Assembly (NCBI GenBank): GCA_964016885.1
Contig: OZ024740.1
Span: forward strand, 32,178,001-32,242,000
Source: Eledone cirrhosa
Taxonomy: Eukaryota
Reading direction: 5' to 3'
Length of the DNA stretch: 64,000 bases
Every line of letters starts with the position of its first letter. Position 1 is the first letter of the stretch. Below, in pieces: positions 13,501 through 28,434 of this stretch. The position numbers were made by a program, and so were the translations under genes. Below the pieces are notes generated by a model. It worked only from the letters and a program-made list of their open reading frames with translations, was not told the origin of the DNA and did no database searches.

Positions 13501-16500
13501 CTTCCCATTCTAATATCTGACTAACTCCTTCCCAATGTAATATCTGATAGTAACTCCTTCCCAATCTAATGTCTGATAGTATCTCCTTCTCAATCTAATA
13601 TCTGACAGTAACTCCTTCCCAATCTAATATCTGATAGTATCTCCTTCCCAATCTAATGTCTGACAGTATCTCCTTCCCAATCTAATATCTGATAGTATCT
13701 CCTTCCCAATCTAATATCTGATAGTAACTCCTTCCCAATCTAATATCTGATAGTATCTCCTTCCCAATCTAATGTCTGACAGTATCTCCTTCCCAATCTA
13801 ATATCTGATAGTATCTCCTTCCCAATCTAATATCTGACAGTAACTCCTTCCCAATCTAATATCTGACAGTATCTCCTTCCCAATCTAATGTCTGACAGTA
13901 TCTCCTTCCATTCTAATATCTGACAGTAACTCCTTCCCAATGTAATATCTGATAGTATCTCCTTCCCAATCTAATATCTGATAGTATCTCCTTCCCAATC
14001 TAATGTCTGATAGTATCTCCTTCCCATTCTAATATCTGACAGTAACTCCTTCCCATTCTAATGTCTGATAGTATCTCCTTCCCATTCTAATATCTGACAG
14101 TATCTCCTTCCCATTCTAATGTCTGATAGTATCCCCTTCCCATTCTAATATCTGATAGTATCTCCTTCCCAATCTAATGTCTGATAGTATCCCCTTCCCA
14201 TTCTAATATCTGATAGTAACTCCTTCCCAATCTAATATCTGATAGTATCTCCTTCCCAATCTAATATCTGATAGTATCTCCTTCCCAATCTAATGTCTGA
14301 TAGTATCTCCTTCCCATTCTAATATCTGACAGTATCTCCTTCCCATTCTAATATCTGACAGTATCTCCTTCCCATTCTAATATCTGATAGTATCTCCTTC
14401 CCAATCTAATATCTGACAGTAACTCCTTCCCAATCTAATATCTGATAGTATCTCCTTCCCAATCTAATGCTTGATAGTATCTCCTTCCCAATCTAATGTC
14501 TGATAGTATCTCCTTCCCATTCTAATATCTGACAGTATCTCCTTCCCATTCTAATATCTGACAGTATATCCTTCCCAATTTAATATCTGATAGTATCTCC
14601 TTCCCAATCTAATGTCTGATAGTATCTCCTTCCCAATCTAATATCTGATAGTATCTCCTTCCCAATCTAATATCTGATAGTATCTCCTTCCCAATCTAAT
14701 GTCTGACAGTATCTCCTTCCCATTCTAATATCTGACTAACTCCTTCCCAATGTAATATCTGATAGTAACTCCTTCCCAATCTAATGTCTGATAGTATCTC
14801 CTTCTCAATCTAATATCTGACAGGAACTCCTTCCCAATCTAATGTCTGATAGTATCTCCTTCTCAATCTAATATCTGATAGTAACTCCTTCCCAATCTAA
14901 TATCTGACAGTAACTCCTTCCCAATGTAATATCTGATAGTATCTCCTTCCCAATCTAATATCTGACAGTAACTCCTTCCCAATCTAATATCTGACAGTAA
15001 CTCCTTCCCAGTGTAATATCTGATAGTAACTCCTTCCCATTCTAATATCTGATAGTAACTCCTTCCCATTCTAATATCTGATAGTATCCCCTTCCCAATC
15101 TAATGTCTGATAGTATCTCCTTCCCAATCTAATATCTGACAGTAACTCCTTCCCAATCTAATATCTGATAGTATCTCCTTCCCAATCTAATATCTGATAG
15201 TATCTCCTTCCCAATCTAATGTCTGATAGTATCTCCTTCCCATTCTAATATCTGACAGTATCTCCTTCCTATTCTAATATCTGACAGTATCTCCTTCCCA
15301 TTCTAATATCTGATAGTATCTCCTTCCCAATCTAATATCTGACAGTAACTCCTTCCCAATCTAATATCTGATAGTATCTCCTTCCCATTCTAATATCTGA
15401 CAGTATCTCCTTCCCAATCTAATATCTGATAGTATCTCCTTCCCAATCTAATGTCTGATAGTATCTCCTTCCCATTCTAATATCTGACAGTATCTCCTTC
15501 CCATTCTAATATCTGATAGTATCTCCTTCCCAATCTAATGTCTGATAGTATCTCCTTCCCAATCTAATATCTGACAGTAACTCCTTCCCAATCTAATATC
15601 TGATAGTATCTCCTTCCCAATCTAATATCTGACAGTATCTCCTTCCCAATCTAATATCTGATAGTATCTCCTTCCCAATCTAATGTCTGATAGTATCTCC
15701 TTCCCATTCTAATATCTGATAGTATCTCCTTCCCATTCTAATATCTGATAGTATCTCCTTCCCAATCTAATATCTGATAGTATCTCCTTCCCAATCTAAT
15801 GTCTGATAGTATCTCCTTCCCATTCTAATATCTGACAGTATCTCCTTCCCATTCTAATATCTGACAGTATCTCCTTCCCATTCTAATATCTGATAGTATC
15901 TCCTTCCCATTCTAATATCTGACAGTATCTCCTTCCCAATCTAATATCTGATAGTATCTCCTTCCCATTCTAATATCTGACAGTATCTCCTTCCCAATCT
16001 AATATCTGATAGTATCTCCTTCCCAATCTAATATCTGATAGTATCTCCTTCCCAATCTAATATCTGATAGTATCTCCTTCCCAATCTAATGTCTGACAGT
16101 ATCTCCTTCCCATTCTAATATCTGACAGTAACTCCTTCCCAATGTAATATCTGATAGTAACTCCTTCCCAATCTAATGTCTGATAGTATCTCCTTCTCAA
16201 TCTAATATCTGACAGTAACTCCTTCCCAATCTAATATCTGATAGTATCTCCTTCCCAATCTAATGTCTGACAGTATCTCCTTCCCAATCTAATATCTGAT
16301 AGTTCTCCTTCCCAATCTAATATCTGATAGTAACTCCATCCCAATCTAATATCTGATAGTATCTCCTTCCCAATCTAATGTCTGACAGTAACTCCTTCCC
16401 AATCTAATATCTGACAGTATCTCCTTCCCAATCTAATGTCTGACAGTATCTCCTTCCATTCTAATATCTGACAGTAACTCCTTCCCAATGTAATATCTGA

Positions 16501-16511
16501 TAGTATCTCCT
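6481..16511. repeat. Near-identical tandem duplication, period 4,950 bp (171 monomers)
   Basis: Rare markers at +4950: CTGTCAG ~8396/13346, CAGGAAC 9871/14821, TTCCTATT ~10320/15270, AGTTCTCC 11351/16301, plus identical ORF pairs 7632/12582 and 9913/14863. 171x29-9 equals the six deletion monomers in the unit (1+2+2+1+2+1). Confidence 0.93.
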
Positions 16512-19500
16512 GCCCAATCTAATATCTGATAGTATCTCCTTCCCAATCTAATATCTGATAGTATCTCCTTCCCAATCTAATGTCTGATAGTATCTCCTTC
16601 CCATTCTAATATCTGACAGTATCTCCTTCCCATTCTAATATCTGACAGTATCTCCTTCCCATTCTAATATCTGATAGTGTCTCCTTCCCAATCTAATATC
16701 TGACAGTAACTCCTTCCCAATCTAATATCTGATAGTATCTCCTTCCCAATCTAATATCTGATAGTATCTCCTTCCCAATCTAATGTCTGATAGTATCTCC
16801 TTCCCATTCTAATATCTGACAGTATCTCCTTCCCATTCTAATATCTGACAGTATCTCCTTCCCAATCTAATATCTGATAGTATCTCCTTCCCAATCTAAT
16901 GTCTGATAGTATCTCCTTCCCAATCTAATATCTGATAGTATCTCTTTCCCAATCTAATACCTGATAGTATCTCCTTCCCAATCTAATGTCTGACAGTATC
17001 TCCTTCCCATTCTAATATCTGACAGTAACTCCTTCCCAATGTAATATCTGATAGTAACTCCTTCCCAATCTAATGTCTGATAGTATCTCCTTCTCAATCT
17101 AATATCTGACAGTAACTCCTTCCCAATCTAATATCTGATAGTATCTCCTTCCCAATCTAATGTCTGACAGTATCTCCTTCCCAATCTAATATCTGATAGT
17201 ATCTCCTTCCCAATCTAATATCTGATAGTAACTCCATCCCAATCTAATATCTGATAGTATCTCCTTCCCAATCTAATGTCTGACAGTAACTCCTTCCCAA
17301 TCTAATATCTGATAGTATCTCCTTCCCAATCTAATGTCTGACAGTATCTCCTTCCCAATCTAATATCTGATAGTATCTCCTTCCCAATCTAATGTCTGAC
17401 AGTAACTCCTTCCCAATCTAATATCTGATAGTATCCCCTTCCCAATCTAATGTCTGATAGTATCTCCTTCCCAATCTAATATCTGACAGTAACTCCTTCC
17501 CAATCTAATATCTGATAGTATCTCCTTCCCAATCTAATATCTGATAGTATCTCCTTCCCAATCTAATGTCTGATAGTATCTCCTTCCCATTCTAATATCT
17601 GACAGTATCTCCTTCCCATTCTAATATCTGACAGTATCTCCTTCCCATTCTAATATCTGATAGTATCTCCTTCCCAATCTAATATCTGACAGTAACTCCT
17701 TACCAATCTAATATCTGATAGTATCTCCTTCCCAATCTAATATCTGATAGTATCTCCTTCCCAATCTAATGTCTGATAGTATCTCCTTCCCATTCTAATA
17801 TCTGACAGTATCTCCTTCCCATTCTAATATCTGATAGTATCTCCTTCCCAATCTAATATCTGACAGTAACTCCTTCCCAATCTAATATCTGATAGTATCT
17901 CCTTCCCAATCTAATGCCTGATAGTATCTCCTTCCCAATCTAATGTCTGATAGTATCTCCTTCCCATTCTAATATCTGACAGTATCTCCTTCCCATTCTA
18001 ATATCTGACAGTATCTCCTTCCCAATGTAATATCTGATAGTATCTCCTTCCCAATCTAATGTCTGATAGTATCTCCTTCCCAATCTAATATCTGATAGTA
18101 TCTCCTTCCCAATCTAATATCTGATAGTATCTCCTTCCCAATCTAATGTCTGACAGTATCTCCTTCCCATTCTAATATCTGACTAACTCCTTCCCAATGT
18201 AATATCTGATAGTAACTCCTTCCCAATCTAATGTCTGATAGTATCTCCTTCTCAATCTAATATCTGACAGTAACTCCTTCCCAATCTAATATCTGATAGT
18301 ATCTCCTTCCCAATCTAATGTCTGACAGTATCTCCTTCCCAATCTAATATCTGATAGTATCTCCTTCCCAATCTAATATCTGATAGTAACTCCTTCCCAA
18401 TCTAATATCTGATAGTATCTCCTTCCCAATCTAATGTCTGACAGTATCTCCTTCCCAATCTAATATCTGATAGTATCTCCTTCCCAATCTAATATCTGAC
18501 AGTAACTCCTTCCCAATCTAATATCTGACAGTATCTCCTTCCCAAACTAATGTCTGACAGTATCTCCTTCCATTCTAATATCTGACAGTAACTCCTTCCC
18601 AATGTAATATCTGATAGTATCTCCTTCCCAATCTAATATCTGATAGTATCTCCTTCCCAATCTAATGTCTGATAGTATCTCCTTCCCATTCTAATATCTG
18701 ACAGTAACTCCTTCCCATTCTAATGTCTGATAGTATCTCCTTCCCATTCTAATATCTGACAGTATCTCCTTCCCATTCTAATGTCTGATAGTATCCCCTT
18801 CCCATTCTAATATCTGATAGTATCTCCTTCCCAATCTAATGTCTGATAGTATCCCCTTCCCAATCTAATATCTGATAGTAACTCCTTCCCAATCTAATGT
18901 CTGATAGTATCTCCTTCCCAATCTAATATCTGATAGTATCTCCTTCCCATTCTAATGTCTGATAGTAACTCCTTCCCAATGTAATGTCTGATAGTATCTC
19001 CTTCCCAATGTAATGTCTGATAGTATCTCCTTCCCAATGTAATATCTGACAGTAACTCCTTCCCAATGTAATATCTGATAGTATCTCCTTCCCAATCTAA
19101 TATCTGATAGTATCTCCTTCCCAATCTAATGTCTGATAGTATCTCCTTCCCATTCTAATATCTGACAGTAACTCCTTCCCATTCTAATGTCTGATAGTAT
19201 CTCCTTCCCATTCTAATATCTGACAGTATCTCCTTCCCATTCTAATATCTGACAGTATCTCCTTCCCATTCTAATATCTGACTAACTCCTTCCCAATGTA
19301 ATATCTGATAGTATCTCCTTCTCAATCTAATATCTGACAGTAACTCCTTCCCAATCTAATGTCTGATAGTATCTCCTTCTCAATCTAATATCTGATAGTA
19401 ACTCCTTCCCAATCTAATATCTGACAGTAACTCCTTCCCAATGTAATATCTGATAGTATCTCCTTCCCAATCTAATATCTGACAGTAACTCCTTCCCAAT

Positions 19501-22500
19501 CTAATATCTGACAGTAACTCCTTCCCAGTGTAATATCTGATAGTAACTCCTTCCCATTCTAATATCTGATAGTAACTCCTTCCCATTCTAATATCTGATA
19601 GTATCCCCTTCCCAATCTAATGTCTGATAGTATCTCCTTCCCAATCTAATATCTGACAGTAACTCCTTCCCAATCTAATATCTGATAGTATCTCCTTCCC
19701 AATCTAATATCTGATAGTATCTCCTTCCCAATCTAATGTCTGATAGTATCTCCTTCCCATTCTAATATCTGACAGTATCTCCTTCCCATTCTAATATCTG
19801 ACAGTATCTCCTTCCCATTCTAATATCTGATAGTATCTCCTTCCCAATCTAATATCTGACAGTAACTCCTTCCCAATCTAATATCTGATAGTATCTCCTT
19901 CCCATTCTAATATCTGACAGTATCTCCTTCCCAATCTAATATCTGATAGTATCTCCTTCCCAATCTAATGTCTGATAGTATCTCCTTCCCATTCTAATAT
20001 CTGACAGTATCTCCTTCCCATTCTAATATCTGATAGTATCTCCTTCCCAATCTAATGTCTGATAGTATCTCCTTCCCAATCTAATATCTGACAGTAACTC
20101 CTTCCCAATCTAATATCTGATAGTATCTCCTTCCCAATCTAATATCTGACAGTATCTCCTTCCCAATCTAATATCTGATAGTATCTCCTTCCCAATCTAA
20201 TGTCTGATAGTATCTCCTTCCCATTCTAATATCTGATAGTATCTCCTCCCCATTCTAATATCTGATAGTATCTCCTTCCCAATCTAATATCTGATAGTAT
20301 CTCCTTCCCAATCTAATGTCTGATAGTATCTCCTTCCCATTCTAATATCTGACAGTATCTCCTTCCCATTCTAATATCTGACAGTATCTCCTTCCCATTC
20401 TAATATCTGATAGTATCTCCTTCCCATTCTAATATCTGACAGTATCTCCTTCCCAATCTAATATCTGATAGTATCTCCTTCCCATTCTAATATCTGACAG
20501 TATCTCCTTCCCAATCTAATATCTGATAGTATCTCCTTCCCAATCTAATATCTGATAGTATCTCCTTCCCAATCTAATATCTGATAGTATCTCCTTCCCA
20601 ATCTAATGTCTGACAGTATCTCCTTCCCATTCTAATATCTGACAGTAACTCCTTCCCAATGTAATATCTGATAGTAACTCCTTCCCAATCTAATGTCTGA
20701 TAGTATCTCCTTCTCAATCTAATATCTGACAGTAACTCCTTCCCAATCTAATATCTGATAGTATCTCCTTCCCAATCTAATGTCTGACAGTATCTCCTTC
20801 CCAATCTAATATCTGATAGTTCTCCTTCCCAATCTAATATCTGATAGTAACTCCATCCCAATCTAATATCTGATAGTATCTCCTTCCCAATCTAATGTCT
20901 GACAGTAACTCCTTCCCAATCTAATATCTGACAGTATCTCCTTCCCAATCTAATGTCTGACAGTATCTCCTTCCATTCTAATATCTGACAGTAACTCCTT
21001 CCCAATGTAATATCTGATAGTATCTCCTGCCCAATCTAATATCTGATAGTTTCTCCTTCCCAATCTAATATCTGATAGTATCTCCTTCCCAATCTAATGT
21101 CTGATAGTATCTCCTTCCCATTCTAATATCTGACAGTATCTCCTTCCCATTCTAATATCTGACAGTATCTCCTTCCCATTCTAATATCTGATAGTGTCTC
21201 CTTCCCAATCTAATATCTGACAGTAACTCCTTCCCAATCTAATATCTGATAGTATCTCCTTCCCAATCTAATATCTGATAGTATCTCCTTCCCAATCTAA
21301 TGTCTGATAGTATCTCCTTCCCATTCTAATATCTGACAGTATCTCCTTCCCATTCTAATATCTGACAGTATCTCCTTCCCAATCTAATATCTGATAGTAT
21401 CTCCTTCCCAATCTAATGTCTGATAGTATCTCCTTCCCAATCTAATATCTGATAGTATCTCTTTCCCAATCTAATACCTGATAGTATCTCCTTCCCAATC
21501 TAATGTCTGACAGTATCTCCTTCCCATTCTAATATCTGACAGTAACTCCTTCCCAATGTAATATCTGATAGTAACTCCTTCCCAATCTAATGTCTGATAG
21601 TATCTCCTTCTCAATCTAATATCTGACAGTAACTCCTTCCCAATCTAATATCTGATAGTATCTCCTTCCCAATCTAATGTCTGACAGTATCTCCTTCCCA
21701 ATCTAATATCTGATAGTATCTCCTTCCCAATCTAATATCTGATAGTAACTCCATCCCAATCTAATATCTGATAGTATCTCCTTCCCAATCTAATGTCTGA
21801 CAGTAACTCCTTCCCAATCTAATATCTGATAGTATCTCCTTCCCAATCTAATGTCTGACAGTATCTCCTTCCCAATCTAATATCTGATAGTATCTCCTTC
21901 CCAATCTAATGTCTGACAGTAACTCCTTCCCAATCTAATATCTGATAGTATCCCCTTCCCAATCTAATGTCTGATAGTATCTCCTTCCCAATCTAATATC
22001 TGACAGTAACTCCTTCCCAATCTAATATCTGATAGTATCTCCTTCCCAATCTAATATCTGATAGTATCTCCTTCCCAATCTAATGTCTGATAGTATCTCC
22101 TTCCCATTCTAATATCTGACAGTATCTCCTTCCCATTCTAATATCTGACAGTATCTCCTTCCCATTCTAATATCTGATAGTATCTCCTTCCCAATCTAAT
22201 ATCTGACAGTAACTCCTTACCAATCTAATATCTGATAGTATCTCCTTCCCAATCTAATATCTGATAGTATCTCCTTCCCAATCTAATGTCTGATAGTATC
22301 TCCTTCCCATTCTAATATCTGACAGTATCTCCTTCCCATTCTAATATCTGATAGTATCTCCTTCCCAATCTAATATCTGACAGTAACTCCTTCCCAATCT
22401 AATATCTGATAGTATCTCCTTCCCAATCTAATGCCTGATAGTATCTCCTTCCCAATCTAATGTCTGATAGTATCTCCTTCCCATTCTAATATCTGACAGT

Positions 22501-23584
22501 ATCTCCTTCCCATTCTAATATCTGACAGTATCTCCTTCCCAATGTAATATCTGATAGTATCTCCTTCCCAATCTAATGTCTGATAGTATCTCCTTCCCAA
22601 TCTAATATCTGATAGTATCTCCTTCCCAATCTAATATCTGATAGTATCTCCTTCCCAATCTAATGTCTGACAGTATCTCCTTCCCATTCTAATATCTGAC
22701 TAACTCCTTCCCAATGTAATATCTGATAGTAACTCCTTCCCAATCTAATGTCTGATAGTATCTCCTTCTCAATCTAATATCTGACAGTAACTCCTTCCCA
22801 ATCTAATATCTGATAGTATCTCCTTCCCAATCTAATGTCTGACAGTATCTCCTTCCCAATCTAATATCTGATAGTATCTCCTTCCCAATCTAATATCTGA
22901 TAGTAACTCCTTCCCAATCTAATATCTGATAGTATCTCCTTCCCAATCTAATGTCTGACAGTATCTCCTTCCCAATCTAATATCTGATAGTATCTCCTTC
23001 CCAATCTAATATCTGACAGTAACTCCTTCCCAATCTAATATCTGACAGTATCTCCTTCCCAAACTAATGTCTGACAGTATCTCCTTCCATTCTAATATCT
23101 GACAGTAACTCCTTCCCAATGTAATATCTGATAGTATCTCCTTCCCAATCTAATATCTGATAGTATCTCCTTCCCAATCTAATGTCTGATAGTATCTCCT
23201 TCCCATTCTAATATCTGACAGTAACTCCTTCCCATTCTAATGTCTGATAGTATCTCCTTCCCATTCTAATATCTGACAGTATCTCCTTCCCATTCTAATG
23301 TCTGATAGTATCCCCTTCCCATTCTAATATCTGATAGTATCTCCTTCCCAATCTAATGTCTGATAGTATCCCCTTCCCAATCTAATATCTGATAGTAACT
23401 CCTTCCCAATCTAATGTCTGATAGTATCTCCTTCCCAATCTAATATCTGATAGTATCTCCTTCCCATTCTAATGTCTGATAGTAACTCCTTCCCAATGTA
23501 ATGTCTGATAGTATCTCCTTCCCAATGTAATGTCTGATAGTATCTCCTTCCCAATGTAATATCTGACAGTAACTCCTTCCCAAT
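14790..23584. repeat. Block duplication, offset 4,517 bp
   Basis: Markers at +4517: AGTTCTCC 16301/20818, CCTGCCC 16512/21029, TAGTGTC 16679/21196, AATACCTG 16960/21477, TTACCAA 17702/22219, CAAACTA 18546/23063. A few private differences exist (14824, 15270, 20248, 21051). Confidence 0.9.
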
Positions 23585-26500
23585 CTAATATCTGATAGTA
23601 TCTCCTTCCCAATCTAATATCTGATAGTATCTCCTTCACAATCTAATATCTGATTGTATCTCCTTCCCAATGTAATATCTGATAGTATCTCCTTCCCAAT
23701 CTAATATCTGATAGTATCTCCTTCCCAATCTAATGTCTGATAGTATCTCCTTCCCAATCTAATATCTGATAGTATCTCCTTCCCAATCTAATGTCTGATA
23801 GTATCTCCTTCCCATTCTAATATCTGATAGTATCTCCTTCCCATTCTAATATCTGATAGTATCTCCTTCCCAATCTAATATCTGATAGTATCTCCTTCCC
23901 AATCTAATGTCTGATAGTATCTCCTTCCCATTCTAATATCTGACAGTATCTCCTTCCCATTCTAATATCTGACAGTATCTCCTTCCCATTCTAATATCTG
24001 ATAGTATCTCCTTCCCATTCTAATATCTGACAGTATCTCCTTCCCAATCTAATATCTGATAGTATCTCCTTCCCATTCTAATATCTGACAGTATCTCCTT
24101 CCCAATCTAATATCTGATAGTATCTCCTTCCCAATCTAATATCTGATAGTATCTCCTTCCCAATCTAATATCTGATAGTATCTCCTTCCCAATCTAATGT
24201 CTGACAGTATCTCCTTCCCATTCTAATATCTGACAGTAACTCCTTCCCAATGTAATATCTGATAGTAACTCCTTCCCAATCTAATGTCTGATAGTATCTC
24301 CTTCTCAATCTAATATCTGACAGTAACTCCTTCCCAATCTAATATCTGATAGTATCTCCTTCCCAATCTAATGTCTGACAGTATCTCCTTCCCAATCTAA
24401 TATCTGATAGTTCTCCTTCCCAATCTAATATCTGATAGTAACTCCATCCCAATCTAATATCTGATAGTATCTCCTTCCCAATCTAATGTCTGACAGTAAC
24501 TCCTTCCCAATCTAATATCTGACAGTATCTCCTTCCCAATCTAATGTCTGACAGTATCTCCTTCCATTCTAATATCTGACAGTAACTCCTTCCCAATGTA
24601 ATATCTGATAGTATCTCCTGCCCAATCTAATATCTGATAGTATCTCCTTCCCAATCTAATATCTGATAGTATCTCCTTCCCAATCTAATGTCTGATAGTA
24701 TCTCCTTCCCATTCTAATATCTGACAGTATCTCCTTCCCATTCTAATATCTGACAGTATCTCCTTCCCATTCTAATATCTGATAGTGTCTCCTTCCCAAT
24801 CTAATATCTGACAGTAACTCCTTCCCAATCTAATATCTGATAGTATCTCCTTCCCAATCTAATATCTGATAGTATCTCCTTCCCAATCTAATGTCTGATA
24901 GTATCTCCTTCCCATTCTAATATCTGACAGTATCTCCTTCCCATTCTAATATCTGACAGTATCTCCTTCCCAATCTAATATCTGATAGTATCTCCTTCCC
25001 AATCTAATGTCTGATAGTATCTCCTTCCCAATCTAATATCTGATAGTATCTCTTTCCCAATCTAATACCTGATAGTATCTCCTTCCCAATCTAATGTCTG
25101 ACAGTATCTCCTTCCCATTCTAATATCTGACAGTAACTCCTTCCCAATGTAATATCTGATAGTAACTCCTTCCCAATCTAATGTCTGATAGTATCTCCTT
25201 CTCAATCTAATATCTGACAGTAACTCCTTCCCAATCTAATATCTGATAGTATCTCCTTCCCAATCTAATGTCTGACAGTATCTCCTTCCCAATCTAATAT
25301 CTGATAGTATCTCCTTCCCAATCTAATATCTGATAGTAACTCCATCCCAATCTAATATCTGATAGTATCTCCTTCCCAATCTAATGTCTGACAGTAACTC
25401 CTTCCCAATCTAATATCTGATAGTATCTCCTTCCCAATCTAATGTCTGACAGTATCTCCTTCCCAATCTAATATCTGATAGTATCTCCTTCCCAATCTAA
25501 TGTCTGACAGTAACTCCTTCCCAATCTAATATCTGATAGTATCCCCTTCCCAATCTAATGTCTGATAGTATCTCCTTCCCAATCTAATATCTGACAGTAA
25601 CTCCTTCCCAATCTAATATCTGATAGTATCTCCTTCCCAATCTAATATCTGATAGTATCTCCTTCCCAATCTAATGTCTGATAGTATCTCCTTCCCATTC
25701 TAATATCTGACAGTATCTCCTTCCCATTCTAATATCTGACAGTATCTCCTTCCCATTCTAATATCTGATAGTATCTCCTTCCCAATCTAATATCTGACAG
25801 TAACTCCTTACCAATCTAATATCTGATAGTATCTCCTTCCCAATCTAATATCTGATAGTATCTCCTTCCCAATCTAATGTCTGATAGTATCTCCTTCCCA
25901 TTCTAATATCTGACAGTATCTCCTTCCCATTCTAATATCTGATAGTATCTCCTTCCCAATCTAATATCTGACAGTAACTCCTTCCCAATCTAATATCTGA
26001 TAGTATCTCCTTCCCAATCTAATGCCTGATAGTATCTCCTTCCCAATCTAATGTCTGATAGTATCTCCTTCCCATTCTAATATCTGACAGTATCTCCTTC
26101 CCATTCTAATATCTGACAGTATCTCCTTCCCAATGTAATATCTGATAGTATCTCCTTCCCAATCTAATGTCTGATAGTATCTCCTTCCCAATCTAATATC
26201 TGATAGTATCTCCTTCCCAATCTAATATCTGATAGTATCTCCTTCCCAATCTAATGTCTGACAGTATCTCCTTCCCATTCTAATATCTGACTAACTCCTT
26301 CCCAATGTAATATCTGATAGTAACTCCTTCCCAATCTAATGTCTGATAGTATCTCCTTCTCAATCTAATATCTGACAGTAACTCCTTCCCAATCTAATAT
26401 CTGATAGTATCTCCTTCCCAATCTAATGTCTGACAGTATCTCCTTCCCAATCTAATATCTGATAGTATCTCCTTCCCAATCTAATATCTGATAGTAACTC

Positions 26501-27365
26501 CTTCCCAATCTAATATCTGATAGTATCTCCTTCCCAATCTAATGTCTGACAGTATCTCCTTCCCAATCTAATATCTGATAGTATCTCCTTCCCAATCTAA
26601 TATCTGACAGTAACTCCTTCCCAATCTAATATCTGACAGTATCTCCTTCCCAAACTAATGTCTGACAGTATCTCCTTCCATTCTAATATCTGACAGTAAC
26701 TCCTTCCCAATGTAATATCTGATAGTATCTCCTTCCCAATCTAATATCAGATAGTATCTCCTTCCCAATCTAATGTCTGATAGTATCTCCTTCCCATTCT
26801 AATATCTGACAGTAACTCCTTCCCATTCTAATGTCTGATAGTATCTCCTTCCCATTCTAATATCTGACAGTATCTCCTTCCCATTCTAATGTCTGATAGT
26901 ATCCCCTTCCCATTCTAATATCTGATAGTATCTCCTTCCCAATCTAATGTCTGATAGTATCCCCTTCCCAATCTAATATCTGATAGTAACTCCTTCCCAA
27001 TCTAATGTCTGATAGTATCTCCTTCCCAATCTAATATCTGATAGTATCTCCTTCCCATTCTAATGTCTGATAGTAACTCCTTCCCAATGTAATGTCTGAT
27101 AGTATCTCCTTCCCAATGTAATGTCTGATAGTATCTCCTTCCCAATATAATATCTGACAGTAACTCCTTCCCAATCTAATATCTGATAGTATCTCCTTCC
27201 CAATCTAATATCTGATAGTATCTCCTTCACAATCTAATATCTGATTGTATCTCCTTCCCAATGTAATATCTGATAGTATCTCCTTCCCAATCTAATATCT
27301 GATAGTATCTCCTTCCCAATCTAATGTCTGATAGTATCTCCTTCCCAATCTAATATCTGATAGTA
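20180..27365. repeat. Tandem duplication, period 3,591 bp (124 monomers)
   Basis: Markers at +3591: 20818/24409, 21029/24620, 23063/26654, GATTGTA 23655/27246. 124x29-5 matches the internal deletions (1+1+2+1). Confidence 0.9.
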
Positions 27366-28434
27366 ATTCCTTCCCAATCTAATGTCTGATAGTAACTCCT
27401 TCCCAATCTAATATCTGACAGTAACTCCTTCCCAATCTAATATCTGACAGTATCTCCTTCACAATCTAATATCTGATAGTATCTCCTTCCCAATCTAATG
27501 TCTGATAGTATCTCCTTCCCAATCTAATATCTGATAGTATCTCCTTCCCAATCTAATATCTGACAGTAACTCCTTCCCAATGTAATATCTGATAGTATCT
27601 CCTTCCCAATCTAATATCTGATAGTAACTCCTTCCGATTCTAATATCTGACAGTAACTCCTTCCCAATCTAATATCTGACAGTATCTCCTTCCCAATCTA
27701 ATGTCTGATAGTATCTCCTTCCCAATCTAATGTCTGACAGTAACTCCTTCCCATTCTAATATCTGATAGTATCTCCTTCCCAATCTAATGTCTGATAGTA
27801 TCTCCTTCCCAATCTAATATCTGACAGTATCTCCTTCCCAATCTAATGTCTGATAGTATCTCCTTCTCATTCTAATATCTGATAGTATCTCCTTCCCAAT
27901 CTAATGTCTGATAGTATCTCCTTCCCAATCTAATATCTGATAGTATCTCCTTCCCAATCTAATATCTGACAGTAACTCCTTCCCAGTGTAATATCTGATA
28001 GTAACTCCTTCCCATTCTAATATCTGATAGTAACTCCTTCCCATTCTAATATCTGATAGTATCCCCTTCCCAATCTAATGTCTGATAGTATCTCCTTCCC
28101 AATCTAATATCTGACAGTAACTCCTTCCCAATCTAATATCTGATAGTATCTCCTTCCCAATCTAATATCTGATAGTATCTCCTTCCCAATCTAATGTCTG
28201 ATAGTATCTCCTTCCCATTCTAATATCTGACAGTATCTCCTTCCCATTCTAATATCTGACAGTATCTCCTTCCCATTCTAATATCTGATAGTATCTCCTT
28301 CCCAATCTAATATCTGACAGTAACTCCTTCCCAATCTAATATCTGATAGTATCTCCTTCCCAATCTAATATCTGATAGTATCTCCTTCCCAATCTAATGT
28401 CTGATAGTATCTCCTTCCCATTCTAATATCTGAC

